Notes: generated by a model from the sequence alone, not told the origin. Counted from the first letter of the stretch, positions 30,630 through 40,868 are shown. The stretch: 62,460 bases of DNA from Salinivirgaceae bacterium (GCA_024405635.1 JAKSOL010000016.1:1-62460), one strand, 5' to 3'. Program-made: numbers and translations.

Positions 30630-31037
30630 ATGGAAACAATAAATATATGGTTTGACAAAGACTACATATACCTAAAGAATAAGAAAGGTGAAGTATTAAG
30701 GCAATCGCTTTTGTGGTACGAACGCCTTAAAAACGCTTCGAACGAAGAGCGAATGCAATATACCATAGGATTCACAGGCATTCATTGGCGCTGCCTTGAC
30801 GAGGATATAAGTTTTGAAAGTTTTGAATATTGCGATGCAGAACCTACAGAACTTCAACGCTTCTTTTTAAGCCATAAGGAGATAAACATTTCTGAGTTTG
30901 CAAAAAGAATAGGGATTAATGCCACTCTTTTAAGAAACTATATAAACGGATTTAAAACCCCATCAAAGGAACGCGAAAAAGAGATTTTTGACTCGATACA
31001 TAAACTTGGACAAGAATACTTAAATGTTTTAGCTTAA
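30630..31037 (+). CDS. DUF2442 + HTH protein (putative antitoxin)
   Basis: WYERL..AS..ER, GIHW..LDEDIS; C-terminal HTH INISEFAKRIGINATLLRNYING. Confidence 0.85.
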   Translation: METINIWFDKDYIYLKNKKGEVLRQSLLWYERLKNASNEERMQYTIGFTGIHWRCLDEDISFESFEYCDAEPTELQRFFLSHKEINISEFAKRIGINATLLRNYINGFKTPSKEREKEIFDSIHKLGQEYLNVLA

Positions 31038-31052
31038 AATGGGGAATTGTAA

Positions 31053-31343
31053 TATTGAATTTGACGAGTCGTAGTTCAGCTATATCGAAGGCATAGCAAT
31101 TTGTTGACTTTCGTGTTATACTGATTTCCAAAAATTCAATCGCTTTCTTTCTTGCAATTAATAATTCTCGGCTTTAGAAGAAACTGCAGCAGCATAAAAT
31201 TGATGATTTTGTAACAGCCATTTCGCCTATTACAGTAAAGACATAATTATCAACAATTTAGAGCACCACAAACGCACAAATAAAAAACGAACCAACTGCG
31301 TTTTCCTATAAAAACGAGCCGTTAAAAACTGCGTTTTTCTAAA
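31053..31343. repeat. ~295-bp diverged direct repeat, copy 2
   Basis: Colinear with 30018-30314. Confidence 0.9.
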
Positions 31344-31367
31344 GGGAGTTACTACAAAAAAGTACGT

Positions 31368-34300
31368 CTATTGCACTGCAACGCGTTTTACCACTGTTCC
31401 ACATTTTACAATGTAAATACCAGCGTTTTGCATTGGTATTTCTGTAGAGACGCGATTAATCGCATCTGTACGGGTAACCAAACGGCCCATTACATCAAAT
31501 ACATAAATTGGAGCATCGACATTTTCAACTACAATACTTTGCCGTTTAGAATAGACTTTTCCATTCGTGCCAACAAAAGAAATAGCATCTGGTAGTTTAT
31601 TTTCATTATCCTTATCAAATATAGCAATTAGGCTTATGTTCTCTGAAACGGTAATTGTTATCGGATTTTCATGTGAACCATTATCCCAAGATTTAAACAA
31701 ATATCCATTATTAGGTATAGCTGACAATGTTACTTGTTCTCCATATCCATATTCCCCTGAACCTTCAACCATTCCCATTGCCTCACTGTTGCTCAATACT
31801 GATATTTCAAACATATCTGGTTCAAAATATGCAGTATAAACTTTTTCTTCAACCACATTTATAACACGTGGATTATCGGTAATTCCATCACTCCAGCGAA
31901 CAAAATGATACCCATGATTAGCAGTAGCTGATATGGCTGTTGATGAACCTGAATAAAACACGCCATCACCAAGAGCTGTGCCCATCATTTGATCTGTACT
32001 AACCGTATGAATGAAAAATTTAGGATATTGAGCAAAAAATGCTTGATAGGTTACATTATCTATTATAGATACAATTCGCGGATTACTTGTACTTCCATCG
32101 CTCCAATGGCTGAAATAACAGTTTTGTGCAGCATTAGCCGATATTGTAACTTGACTTAAATAATCGTAGGTGCCTGAACCAGAAACAGTACCCAATAGGC
32201 TATCGTTGCAATTTATTTTAATATCGTATTGGTTAATTGCAAATCGGGCTACAATAGATGTATCTGAGAGTAATGTTACTTGCCTTGATATCTCTGAATC
32301 TCCATCACTCCAATCAACAAAATGATAGCCATATTTTGGTTGCGCAGTTATCTCAATAATAGAACCGAAAAGGAATTGTCCATTGCCACTTACAGTTCCC
32401 ATTACATCATTGTTTGACATCAACTCAAGATTGTATGTATTAGCCTCAAAAATAGCAGTAAACACAGTATCGTTCATTGCGGCAACTCGCCTTATTTCAT
32501 CAGCTATGCCATCTGACCATTTTACAAAATGGTATCCTTTGTTTGGTGTTGCCCTAATTTGTGTTGTTGTAGAATAATCAAATAAACCTCCACCAGAAAC
32601 ATATCCCATAGAGTTGTCATTAGCTTCAACATCAATTTTATGTTTATCAATAGCAAATTCAGCATAGAATGATGTGTCTTGTGTAAGCAAGATAGTGCGA
32701 GGATTATCAGTTATTCCATCGTTCCATTGTACAAAATGATAATGAGGAATACTTTGAGCCGTAATTGCTAATTGTGATGCGTAATTATAACTGCCACTTC
32801 CTTGCACTGAACCAACTTGAACATTGCTACTATTTGCCGATACTTTAAATTGTGTGTAATCAAATTGCGCCACGTAATTTGATTCTTTTGTAACTGTAAA
32901 TGTTCGTGGATTGTCAGTATTTCCATCATTCCATTGAATGAATGAATAGCCATAATTTGGCGTAGCCGAAATTGTAGCATAAGTATTGTATAAGTAACTT
33001 CCTGCACCATCAACCACACCCTTTGCTGAGTTGCTACTACTAACATTTATGAAGTATGAATTAATTGCAAATTGAGCAGAAAAAGAAAGATCATCGTTTA
33101 CAGAAACATACCTTGGATTATCAGAATTCCCGTCACTCCATTGAGCAAAATGGTATCCTGTATTTGGAATTGCTTCTATGGCAATTTGCGATTTATAGTC
33201 ATAGTTTCCACTTCCTGTGGTATATCCTGCTGTTGGGTTGCTACTACTTACTGATAATGAAAAACAATCAATAGCAAACTCAGCAACATAGGTTGCGTCT
33301 TTTACAACAATTACTTCTCGTGGGTTATCTGTATTTCCGTCACTCCATTGCCTAAATACATAACCATAGTATGGAATTGCAGAAATAGTTGCTTTAGAGT
33401 TGTAGGTATAACTATTAGAACCACTAGTTGTGCCATACTCCAAATTGCTACTATTAACAGATATGGCATTGTTATTTATGGCAAATTGCGCTGTGTAAGT
33501 AGCATTTTGCACAACAACTACTGTTCTAGGATTATCGGTATTTCCATCGCTCCATTGTGTAAAATGGTAACCTGTATTTGCTGTTGCAGTTAGTTGTGTA
33601 GGCGTGTTATAATTGTAACTACCGCCACCCGAAGCTGTACCTATGGCAGGATTGCTACTCTCAACAGTAAGTCTAAAATAATCAATGGCAAACTCTGCAA
33701 TGTAATTTGCCTCTTTTGACACTGTTACAATACGCGGGTTGTCGGTATTTCCATCACTCCACTGCGTAAAGTGATATCCGTATGTGGCTGTTGCTGATAT
33801 TGTTATGCTACTATTGTAATTATACATACCGCTACCATAAGCACTTCCCATTGTGGCGTCGTTTGGTTGCACATTTATTGTGTAGCGGTTGGCTGCAAAT
33901 TGAGCAGTAAATGCCGAATCTTGAGTAACAGTTATAGTACGTGGATTGTTATTATTTGCATCATTCCATTGTACAAAATGGTATCCATAAGCAGCAGTAG
34001 CCGATATTAACATTTGTGTGTTGTAGTTGTATTTTCCGCCACCACTCACACTTCCCATTGTGGTATTAACACTGCTTGCCGATATAGCATAATCGTTTAC
34101 TGCGAAATATGCTTTATATGTCTCATTGGCATTCACCTTAATTGTTCTTGGATTTGACAAGTCCCCATCTTCCCAATGATCAAAATGATAACCATACGCA
34201 GGTGTTGCAGATATTGTTATTTGGTTTTGATAGTAGAAGATTCCTCCGCCCGACACTGTTCCCATTTCTGGATTGGCATTCATTACTGTAATGGTTGATA

Positions 34301-36788
34301 CATTAGAAACAAACTCAGCGGTAAACGAAGTGTCTTGAACAGCATACAAATAACGCGGATTATCGGTACTACCATCGCTCCATTTTAGGAAGTGGTAATT
34401 GCTATTTGCCACGGCATTCAATACTACTGGTTGCATGTAACCATACAAGCCACCACCCGACACCTTGCCTGCAAGCACATCGTTAACTAGTACCTCTACG
34501 CGACTATTGTTTGGCACAAACGTTGCAACAAACGATGTATCCTTGTTCATGCTCAATTGACGAGGATTACTCTCTATATCATCATTCCATTTTAGAAAAT
34601 GATAACCTTCGTTAGCTTTTGCATAAATTTTTGCATTGTGGTTACTACATGTTGGCGATTGAGTCACATAAACACTTCCCATTCCTTCGTCGTTTGTACT
34701 CAATGAAATATTGAATGGCGACGATTCCAACAAGTTGATAAAATTCTCCCAGTAATTTGTAACGTAGTAGCGATTTATGGTACCGCATGGCACATATACA
34801 GGCGTAAACAAATCGATATTGTTGAATGTTGAGCTATAAATGGTTGGTGGAATGTTTTTTTCAACTGTTATGTCCTCAATGTTAGTACATCCAGAAAAAG
34901 CACCACCTTCGATGCTCGCTACTGACGAGCCAAGTACTATGTGCTGCAATCCCGTACAACCACTATATGCACTTTCACCTATAGTTGTAACATTATTAGG
35001 AATACTCAATGTACCAGTAAGCGTTGTTACACCTGCAAAAGCACTACCACCAATAGTTTTTAACGATTGCGGCAAGTTAAACTCCGAAAGACGTTGACAC
35101 CCAACAAACGCACCATAGCCAATAGAATCAAGTCCTCCACTTGATTTTACCCAACGCAAACGATAACAATTATTAAAAGCATTTTTACCTATACTTTTAG
35201 TGCCATTACCCAAATCTGCATCGAGCAAACGCGAATTCCCAGCAAAAGCATTATCGCCTATTGTGGTGTTGGCATTGGCAATTCGCAATGAGAGTAACCA
35301 CTCGCAGTTTTGAAATGCGCTAATTCCAATGCTTGTAACACTTTGAGGGATAAGCAACGTGTCTGTTAGTTGTGTGCAATTAGAAAATGCGTTCTCACCT
35401 ATGCTTGTTACTGAATTACCTATAATCAATTCCGTTAAACTCTTTATTCCAGAGAACGGAGAATAGCCGCAAAAACTACTAGTTTCGTAACGCAAATTCC
35501 TACCAAGATAAACTTTCTCTAATGGGCAATCATAAAAAAGTCCTTTTCCATTATGACCATAACCATAAGGAACATAATCACTATAGCCCAACGTTAGAGT
35601 TTCGCTGCCATCTTCAAATATTAATTCCTTGAGACTAGTACAACCATTGAATACATAATTGTCAATGCTAGTTACTGAGTTTGGTATGGTTATAGAAGTT
35701 AACCCACTGCAACCATTGAACACAGACGAGCCTATGCTTGTTACTGAGTTTGGAATAGTTACAGAAGTAATGCCACTACAATCATAGAAGGCAGATGCAC
35801 AAATGCTAGTAACTTCATTACCGATATTTACGGTTGCTAATTTTTCTTTGTGAGAAAAATTTGTACCTATTGCATTTGTGTTGTATGTTAAAACCCCAAT
35901 GTTATTGCAACCAGAGAACGCAGACGAACCAATACTTGTAACTGAATTGCCAATGGTAACCAAGGTTAAGCCACTACAATTATAGAACGCATAATTGTTT
36001 ATTTGGGTAATAGCCTCTGGTACTATTAGTTCAGTAACTTCTTTTTCATCTACATATAAATGTTGGGCATAATAAAGTGGATTTGAATCATAATTACTAA
36101 AACTAATACCAAGCCATCCTTCAATTGACTCTGCATTTACTTTAGTCAAGCCACTGCAACCTTTGAACGCATAAGAGCCTATACTTGTAACACTACCGCT
36201 AATTGTTATTTCATATAAACTTTCTTTTCCATAAAATGGAGAGTAGCCATACATTTCTAAATCTGATTCTGGATATAGTATTGTTCTTCCGAGATATATT
36301 TTTTCTAATGGGCAATCATAGAAAAGACCTCTATGCCAATGATAGGTTGCTCCAGAAGAATAATAATCATAATCATTTCCATAGCCTAACGTTAATGTTT
36401 CGCTTCCATCTTCAAATGTTACTTCTTTTAGAGATGTACAACCATTAAATGCATAATTGTCAATACTAGTAATAGTATTTGGAATGGTTATCGAAGTTAA
36501 GCTACTGCAACCAAAGAACGCATGTTCTTTAATACTTGTAACAGAATATATTGTTCCATTGTACGTAACTACATTAGGAATTTTAACATTACCAATCGGT
36601 TTTGTGTAGCCTGAATAATATTCATATCCACTGCCTTTTTTATAAGGATATGTAACACTAACAGAACCATTCGAAGTGATGTTGTAATACAAAGTCTGCC
36701 CAGTACTACAAACTGCAGAAAAATCATAAGCAAGCAGATTAGTGGCAATAAATAGTATTATTGATATAGTCAATAGTGTACGCTTCAT
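31368..36788 (-). CDS. BspA-type leucine-rich-repeat surface protein with 15 InlB-B-like stalk repeats and T9SS C-terminal domain
   Basis: Signal peptide; TSIG..AF.GC..L LRRs; 15 'YxF..W.DG...NPR' repeats; tail VFDVMGR...GIYIVK...KRVAVQ. Confidence 0.92.
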   Translation of the reverse strand: MKRTLLTISIILFIATNLLAYDFSAVCSTGQTLYYNITSNGSVSVTYPYKKGSGYEYYSGYTKPIGNVKIPNVVTYNGTIYSVTSIKEHAFFGCSSLTSITIPNTITSIDNYAFNGCTSLKEVTFEDGSETLTLGYGNDYDYYSSGATYHWHRGLFYDCPLEKIYLGRTILYPESDLEMYGYSPFYGKESLYEITISGSVTSIGSYAFKGCSGLTKVNAESIEGWLGISFSNYDSNPLYYAQHLYVDEKEVTELIVPEAITQINNYAFYNCSGLTLVTIGNSVTSIGSSAFSGCNNIGVLTYNTNAIGTNFSHKEKLATVNIGNEVTSICASAFYDCSGITSVTIPNSVTSIGSSVFNGCSGLTSITIPNSVTSIDNYVFNGCTSLKELIFEDGSETLTLGYSDYVPYGYGHNGKGLFYDCPLEKVYLGRNLRYETSSFCGYSPFSGIKSLTELIIGNSVTSIGENAFSNCTQLTDTLLIPQSVTSIGISAFQNCEWLLSLRIANANTTIGDNAFAGNSRLLDADLGNGTKSIGKNAFNNCYRLRWVKSSGGLDSIGYGAFVGCQRLSEFNLPQSLKTIGGSAFAGVTTLTGTLSIPNNVTTIGESAYSGCTGLQHIVLGSSVASIEGGAFSGCTNIEDITVEKNIPPTIYSSTFNNIDLFTPVYVPCGTINRYYVTNYWENFINLLESSPFNISLSTNDEGMGSVYVTQSPTCSNHNAKIYAKANEGYHFLKWNDDIESNPRQLSMNKDTSFVATFVPNNSRVEVLVNDVLAGKVSGGGLYGYMQPVVLNAVANSNYHFLKWSDGSTDNPRYLYAVQDTSFTAEFVSNVSTITVMNANPEMGTVSGGGIFYYQNQITISATPAYGYHFDHWEDGDLSNPRTIKVNANETYKAYFAVNDYAISASSVNTTMGSVSGGGKYNYNTQMLISATAAYGYHFVQWNDANNNNPRTITVTQDSAFTAQFAANRYTINVQPNDATMGSAYGSGMYNYNSSITISATATYGYHFTQWSDGNTDNPRIVTVSKEANYIAEFAIDYFRLTVESSNPAIGTASGGGSYNYNTPTQLTATANTGYHFTQWSDGNTDNPRTVVVVQNATYTAQFAINNNAISVNSSNLEYGTTSGSNSYTYNSKATISAIPYYGYVFRQWSDGNTDNPREVIVVKDATYVAEFAIDCFSLSVSSSNPTAGYTTGSGNYDYKSQIAIEAIPNTGYHFAQWSDGNSDNPRYVSVNDDLSFSAQFAINSYFINVSSSNSAKGVVDGAGSYLYNTYATISATPNYGYSFIQWNDGNTDNPRTFTVTKESNYVAQFDYTQFKVSANSSNVQVGSVQGSGSYNYASQLAITAQSIPHYHFVQWNDGITDNPRTILLTQDTSFYAEFAIDKHKIDVEANDNSMGYVSGGGLFDYSTTTQIRATPNKGYHFVKWSDGIADEIRRVAAMNDTVFTAIFEANTYNLELMSNNDVMGTVSGNGQFLFGSIIEITAQPKYGYHFVDWSDGDSEISRQVTLLSDTSIVARFAINQYDIKINCNDSLLGTVSGSGTYDYLSQVTISANAAQNCYFSHWSDGSTSNPRIVSIIDNVTYQAFFAQYPKFFIHTVSTDQMMGTALGDGVFYSGSSTAISATANHGYHFVRWSDGITDNPRVINVVEEKVYTAYFEPDMFEISVLSNSEAMGMVEGSGEYGYGEQVTLSAIPNNGYLFKSWDNGSHENPITITVSENISLIAIFDKDNENKLPDAISFVGTNGKVYSKRQSIVVENVDAPIYVFDVMGRLVTRTDAINRVSTEIPMQNAGIYIVKCGTVVKRVAVQ

Positions 36789-36806
36789 ATAGTTTCTTTA
36801 TTTAAA

Positions 36807-37583
36807 CTAATAAATCAGAACGTTATCATTATATTGCTCTTTCACAATTTTTATAATTTCTTCCCTGTTTGAGTCTTTCATATTCTTACCTAGATATATT
36901 GCTTTTACACAATCTTTCGTCAAGTAGATATTTCTTTGAAAGCCTCTAGGATTGGACTTTATTATCCTAAATTCATTTTCCCATGCATATTCTTTAAGCT
37001 TTGTGAAGTACTTTTTATTATACTCGCCCTTAAGATCATCATAACGCCCATCATAAACAGGCAATTCATTAACGTAATTCACCCATGAGCTAGCCCCTTT
37101 GATAGTTTCAAAAAGTTTATTTTGGTCATATTCAATACAAAAGCCGCTATGCATTGCACCATGTTTTTCCCAGCATTTTTCATTTCTCGGGCTACCAGAC
37201 AAACTCAATACTCCAATTTTTTGGATTCTTTCCTCATTAAGTTCTTCCCATACTTTGTCAAATCCAATTGGGTCATTCTGCATTTTTATAAAATGTTTAT
37301 TTGCCCAGTCTTTAGCATAGCTAGTATGATTTTTTCTATTATACGAGAAATAGAATTTGTTGTATTCTTGTAAATGGTATAAATAGAAATCATAGCATGT
37401 TTTAGGTATATACTCCTTATACTTACAATCTTGCTTATCTTCAAATGTATCAGGAGATGCCAAATACACATAATTCTCACGAAATGCTTCTATATGCTTA
37501 GAATTTTCTGCATCTCGATATTTATACACAAAACTTGGGGAATGCTTGCTATTGGTATTGATGTAACATTGACTATTACTCAT
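36807..37583 (-). CDS. DUF2971 family protein
   Basis: YKYR, LASPDTFED..DC, W..HG..HSGFCIEY, FTK...YAWENEFR, IYLG. Confidence 0.8.
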   Translation of the reverse strand: MSNSQCYINTNSKHSPSFVYKYRDAENSKHIEAFRENYVYLASPDTFEDKQDCKYKEYIPKTCYDFYLYHLQEYNKFYFSYNRKNHTSYAKDWANKHFIKMQNDPIGFDKVWEELNEERIQKIGVLSLSGSPRNEKCWEKHGAMHSGFCIEYDQNKLFETIKGASSWVNYVNELPVYDGRYDDLKGEYNKKYFTKLKEYAWENEFRIIKSNPRGFQRNIYLTKDCVKAIYLGKNMKDSNREEIIKIVKEQYNDNVLIY

Positions 37584-37595
37584 TACGTAGTTTTT

Positions 37596-38864
37596 TTATT
37601 CAGTTACAAAAACAACTTCTTCGCCATATTCGGTACCAATGCTATTGGTTGCATAAGCACGTACATAGTATGTAGTACCGCTAAGTAAACCAGAGAGTTG
37701 GCTTAAAAATGGGCCAGTGCCAATACCATCGGCAGTATGCGGTGCGTTGGCAATAGTTGGATTTGGAGTGGTGCTATAGCAAACGCCACGAGCAGTGCAA
37801 GCAAAACCGCCATCGCTATCAACACTACCACCCAACGAGGCTGTAGTTGTTGTTACATTTATAGCCTTGGCTGTTGCTACTACAGGCAAACCATTGGTGG
37901 TGGTAAAGGTTATTTGTTGGCCATACACCGTACCAACAGAATTTGTGGCATAAGCACGCAAATAGTAAGTTGTGTTAGCCTCAAGTCCCGTAACAGTGGC
38001 AACAAAACTGCCCGTTCCTTTTCCATTGTTAGTATGACTATTGAGTATGGTTGGCTGCATGGCTGTGCTCCAGCAAACACCATAAGCAGTTACCGAATAA
38101 CCACCATCGGTAGTAACATTACCGCCAGTTGTTGCCTCGGTAGCTTTAATGTCTTTAATTGTTGTTGTGATTATGGTTGGTAATCCATCGGTAGTGGTAA
38201 ATTGCAGTTGTTCGCCATAGGCTGTACCAACTCCGTTGGTTGCGTATGCTCGCACATAATAGGTTGTGTTTATCTTCAAATTAAAAAGGAGACTATTAAA
38301 CGAGCCTGCCCCATTACCATCGACAGAATGAGAGTCGTCAATTGTTGGATACTGCTGTGTACTCCAACATACCCCCCGTTGCTTAATTGTAGATTGCCCA
38401 TTGTCAGTAACATTGCCACCACACATGGCGGTGTTTGCTTTTACATCGGTTATTTCATATGTTGCTATTGTTGGCAATGTTGGGCCTTGCACTTCAATCA
38501 CTCCCAATTGGTAACTATAACTGCCCAACTGCATTTCTTTAATGCTAACTTGTCGGCCAACATAAAGTGAGTCAGCTTCTATCTGCAAGTAGTAATCATT
38601 TTTTATGTCTTCTGGTGTAACATCAATTCCGAAATTACCATTGGCATCGCTAACAATCACAATAGGCGACAATTCGCCATTGGTTTTGCACACTCGTAAG
38701 CCCTCAATTGGTTTACTGTTCTGGTTATTTACCAATGTCCCTTCACAAATGGTGTTTTCGTATATTCCTTCCTCCTCAAGACTTTTTATGCAAGACGAGA
38801 ACAATGATAAAATCAGAAATGACAACAATATTTTACGTAAAGTTCTTAGTATGCAAGTAGCCAT
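37596..38864 (-). CDS. lipoprotein with three tandem fibronectin-III-like repeats
   Basis: FSSC lipobox; three 'GG.V..DG....RGVC.ST...PTI...TYYVRAYATN..GT.YG' repeats. Confidence 0.82.
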   Translation of the reverse strand: MATCILRTLRKILLSFLILSLFSSCIKSLEEEGIYENTICEGTLVNNQNSKPIEGLRVCKTNGELSPIVIVSDANGNFGIDVTPEDIKNDYYLQIEADSLYVGRQVSIKEMQLGSYSYQLGVIEVQGPTLPTIATYEITDVKANTAMCGGNVTDNGQSTIKQRGVCWSTQQYPTIDDSHSVDGNGAGSFNSLLFNLKINTTYYVRAYATNGVGTAYGEQLQFTTTDGLPTIITTTIKDIKATEATTGGNVTTDGGYSVTAYGVCWSTAMQPTILNSHTNNGKGTGSFVATVTGLEANTTYYLRAYATNSVGTVYGQQITFTTTNGLPVVATAKAINVTTTTASLGGSVDSDGGFACTARGVCYSTTPNPTIANAPHTADGIGTGPFLSQLSGLLSGTTYYVRAYATNSIGTEYGEEVVFVTE

Positions 38865-38870
38865 AGTGCA

Positions 38871-39692
38871 TTAAAATTTATATGTAAGCCCCAAACCAAT
38901 AGCGGGTTTTGTATCGGGCAAAACGGTAGGATAAAGAGCTATGCCATCGGTATAGTTAGGCAACGAAAAATAGGCTCGATAAAGGTTAAATGCATAAAGT
39001 GTAGCGGCCGCTCCCCATGCAACAAAACTCGTGTTACGCAACTTGTTATAACTATTACGGGCATCAGTAAAATCAGTATAACCTACACCATGTTTTTTCA
39101 TAGTATCTAATTTGTCCTGACTCATTACATAACAAGCGGCTCCAGTTCCAACAAATGCCAACTCGCCAACAAAAGTTAATACACCTTCAGTAAAATGACG
39201 TTTTCCCCATTGACCTAATCCTGGAACGAAAATAGATTTTACCAAGGCTGTTGTATTGTTGAACTCTGCAGCCGTATTGCAATCTTTAAATGGAGCCCAT
39301 ACAACACTTATGTTACCACGCACTGCCACTTGGCAAAGTACATACACTCTATATCGGCCATCGGCAAGCCGTTCAGAATACTCACACACCTTATTTATAG
39401 GTATATTAAATGTACTTGAAATAACACTATAGTCTGTACCTCGCTGAACAGCCTTATTTATTTCTGCTGCATTAACAGGTTGCCCCAAACTGTTGCCTGT
39501 AGTTTGAAAAATACGGGCAACAGCTTGAGTCCTAGCTTCGTTTTCTGTTGATGCAATGGCGCTTTCTTTCTCATATCGGTATGTTGAGTTTGCTGCCTTT
39601 GGCATTTTATAAATCCATGTAGGCTTATTCTGTGCGCTAACACATAACGAAAAAAGAAAGAAGGTCAATATCAGTAATAACTGTTTTCTCAT
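38871..39692 (-). CDS. exported protein, LPP20-like N-domain with DUF5683-like membrane C-domain
   Basis: Signal peptide, KP.WI...P, SIFVPGLGQW, ends GLTYKF. Confidence 0.6.
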   Translation of the reverse strand: MRKQLLLILTFFLFSLCVSAQNKPTWIYKMPKAANSTYRYEKESAIASTENEARTQAVARIFQTTGNSLGQPVNAAEINKAVQRGTDYSVISSTFNIPINKVCEYSERLADGRYRVYVLCQVAVRGNISVVWAPFKDCNTAAEFNNTTALVKSIFVPGLGQWGKRHFTEGVLTFVGELAFVGTGAACYVMSQDKLDTMKKHGVGYTDFTDARNSYNKLRNTSFVAWGAAATLYAFNLYRAYFSLPNYTDGIALYPTVLPDTKPAIGLGLTYKF

Positions 39693-39694
39693 AA

Positions 39695-40234
39695 CTATTT
39701 AAAATACTCAGAGTATTTTTTCTCAAATTGTTCACGATCGTAAACAACTTTCAGCTTTTCATTTTCAGACAAGCCTTTCTCAATTTCTGAAGCCAATTTC
39801 TTTTTTGAGATTTGAATAGCTATGTGCGACTCGTAATTTCCAGCTTCTGTTCTATACATTTTCTCGCAAATTTGTTCAGCGTCGTTTAAAGTACGATTAA
39901 CTGCCATTTTAAACTCACCTTCTATAATTCGCGAGATATCCTCTTGCTGGGCATTACCTGCCAATAGTTTATTATAGTCAGTTGTTATACCTTTTACTGA
40001 GCCTCCAAGTTTTTGGTTAATCATACTTTTAGCAGCATTCAAAGCTTCTGTACGGGCATTTTGCTGATTAACATTTGTAGATGTTCCAGATGAACGGAAA
40101 TAGTTTGAATCGTCAAAAACTAGACAAGGAATATCCAAATCTACTCCTCTTCCAGAAACAATTTGTCTTTGTGTTCCACATGATACTAATAATATTGCCA
40201 CTACAACGGCAGAAAAAACACGTAAAATTCTCAT
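39695..40234 (-). CDS. LPP20-like lipoprotein
   Basis: LVSC lipobox; YFRSSG.S.....AR..A...AK pattern. Confidence 0.65.
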   Translation of the reverse strand: MRILRVFSAVVVAILLVSCGTQRQIVSGRGVDLDIPCLVFDDSNYFRSSGTSTNVNQQNARTEALNAAKSMINQKLGGSVKGITTDYNKLLAGNAQQEDISRIIEGEFKMAVNRTLNDAEQICEKMYRTEAGNYESHIAIQISKKKLASEIEKGLSENEKLKVVYDREQFEKKYSEYFK

Positions 40235-40353
40235 AATCAATTACATTTTATAATTAAACTTTTAACATTAATCAAGAGTAATACTTGCATATCATTATCA
40301 TTCGCTCGCCAATTCCCCCAAGCAAGCAGTAAAAAAAGTTAACAAAAAGGCAT

Positions 40354-40650
40354 AAAAAAAACGTGGGAATCTGTACTTGTTACTCGTCCCACATTTCGAG
40401 GCTCTCGCATTGCCCACCAAGCTAGAACGAGCAACGCAGAAGCCCACGCCGAATATGTAAACCACAAAATGCCACGTAGCATCCGTAGGAATACACCAAT
40501 CCACGCAGACATCTACCGTTGCCTTGTCTTTAGCTTGATTTTGAAATTTGCGAGATTCCGAAATGCTAAGAACAAAGCGTCAAGTAAACGCCTTTATTAT
40601 GTCCTGCCCCACCCCTAGCGTTTGCCTTGCGACAACATTCGGCGTGAGAC
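40354..40650 (-). ncRNA. candidate structured cis-regulatory leader RNA of the surface-protein operon
   Basis: Long hairpin 40362-40448 followed by U8; hairpin 40524-40575; three 7-bp complementarities between the two. Confidence 0.55.
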
Positions 40651-40655
40651 AATGG

Positions 40656-40663
40656 CAAATATA
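40656..40663 (-). promoter_or_regulatory. -7 promoter element (TATATTTG)
   Basis: CAAATATA on the + strand, at the start of the leader. Confidence 0.65.
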
Positions 40664-40777
40664 TGAATAATGATTAATGTTTAGTGATTAGAGAATAATA
40701 GGTTTTAAGTTGTACGTAGTACGTTTTAAGTTGTACGATTCAACAAATCAACGATTCAACTGTTCAACATTCTACGT

Positions 40778-40868
40778 TTCGCCCTGAAAGGGCAGTAACA
40801 CTCAGACCATGGCAACGCCCAGCGGCATGGCAAACAATCACAACTTGCGCCCTGTAAGGGCAACAGCG
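40778..40868 (+). repeat. REP-like doublet (GCCCTGAAAGGGC ... GCCCTGTAAGGGC)
   Basis: Palindromes at 40781-40793 and 40849-40861 with internal CTCAG.CCATGGCAACG. Confidence 0.8.

Noticed and set aside
31368-38864. Diversity-generating retroelement target
   Set aside because: No reverse transcriptase and no repeat pair differing only at adenines was seen.
40298-40504. 68-aa ORF in the leader
   Set aside because: No recognisable motif; the region is better explained by RNA structure. A leader peptide is not fully excluded.
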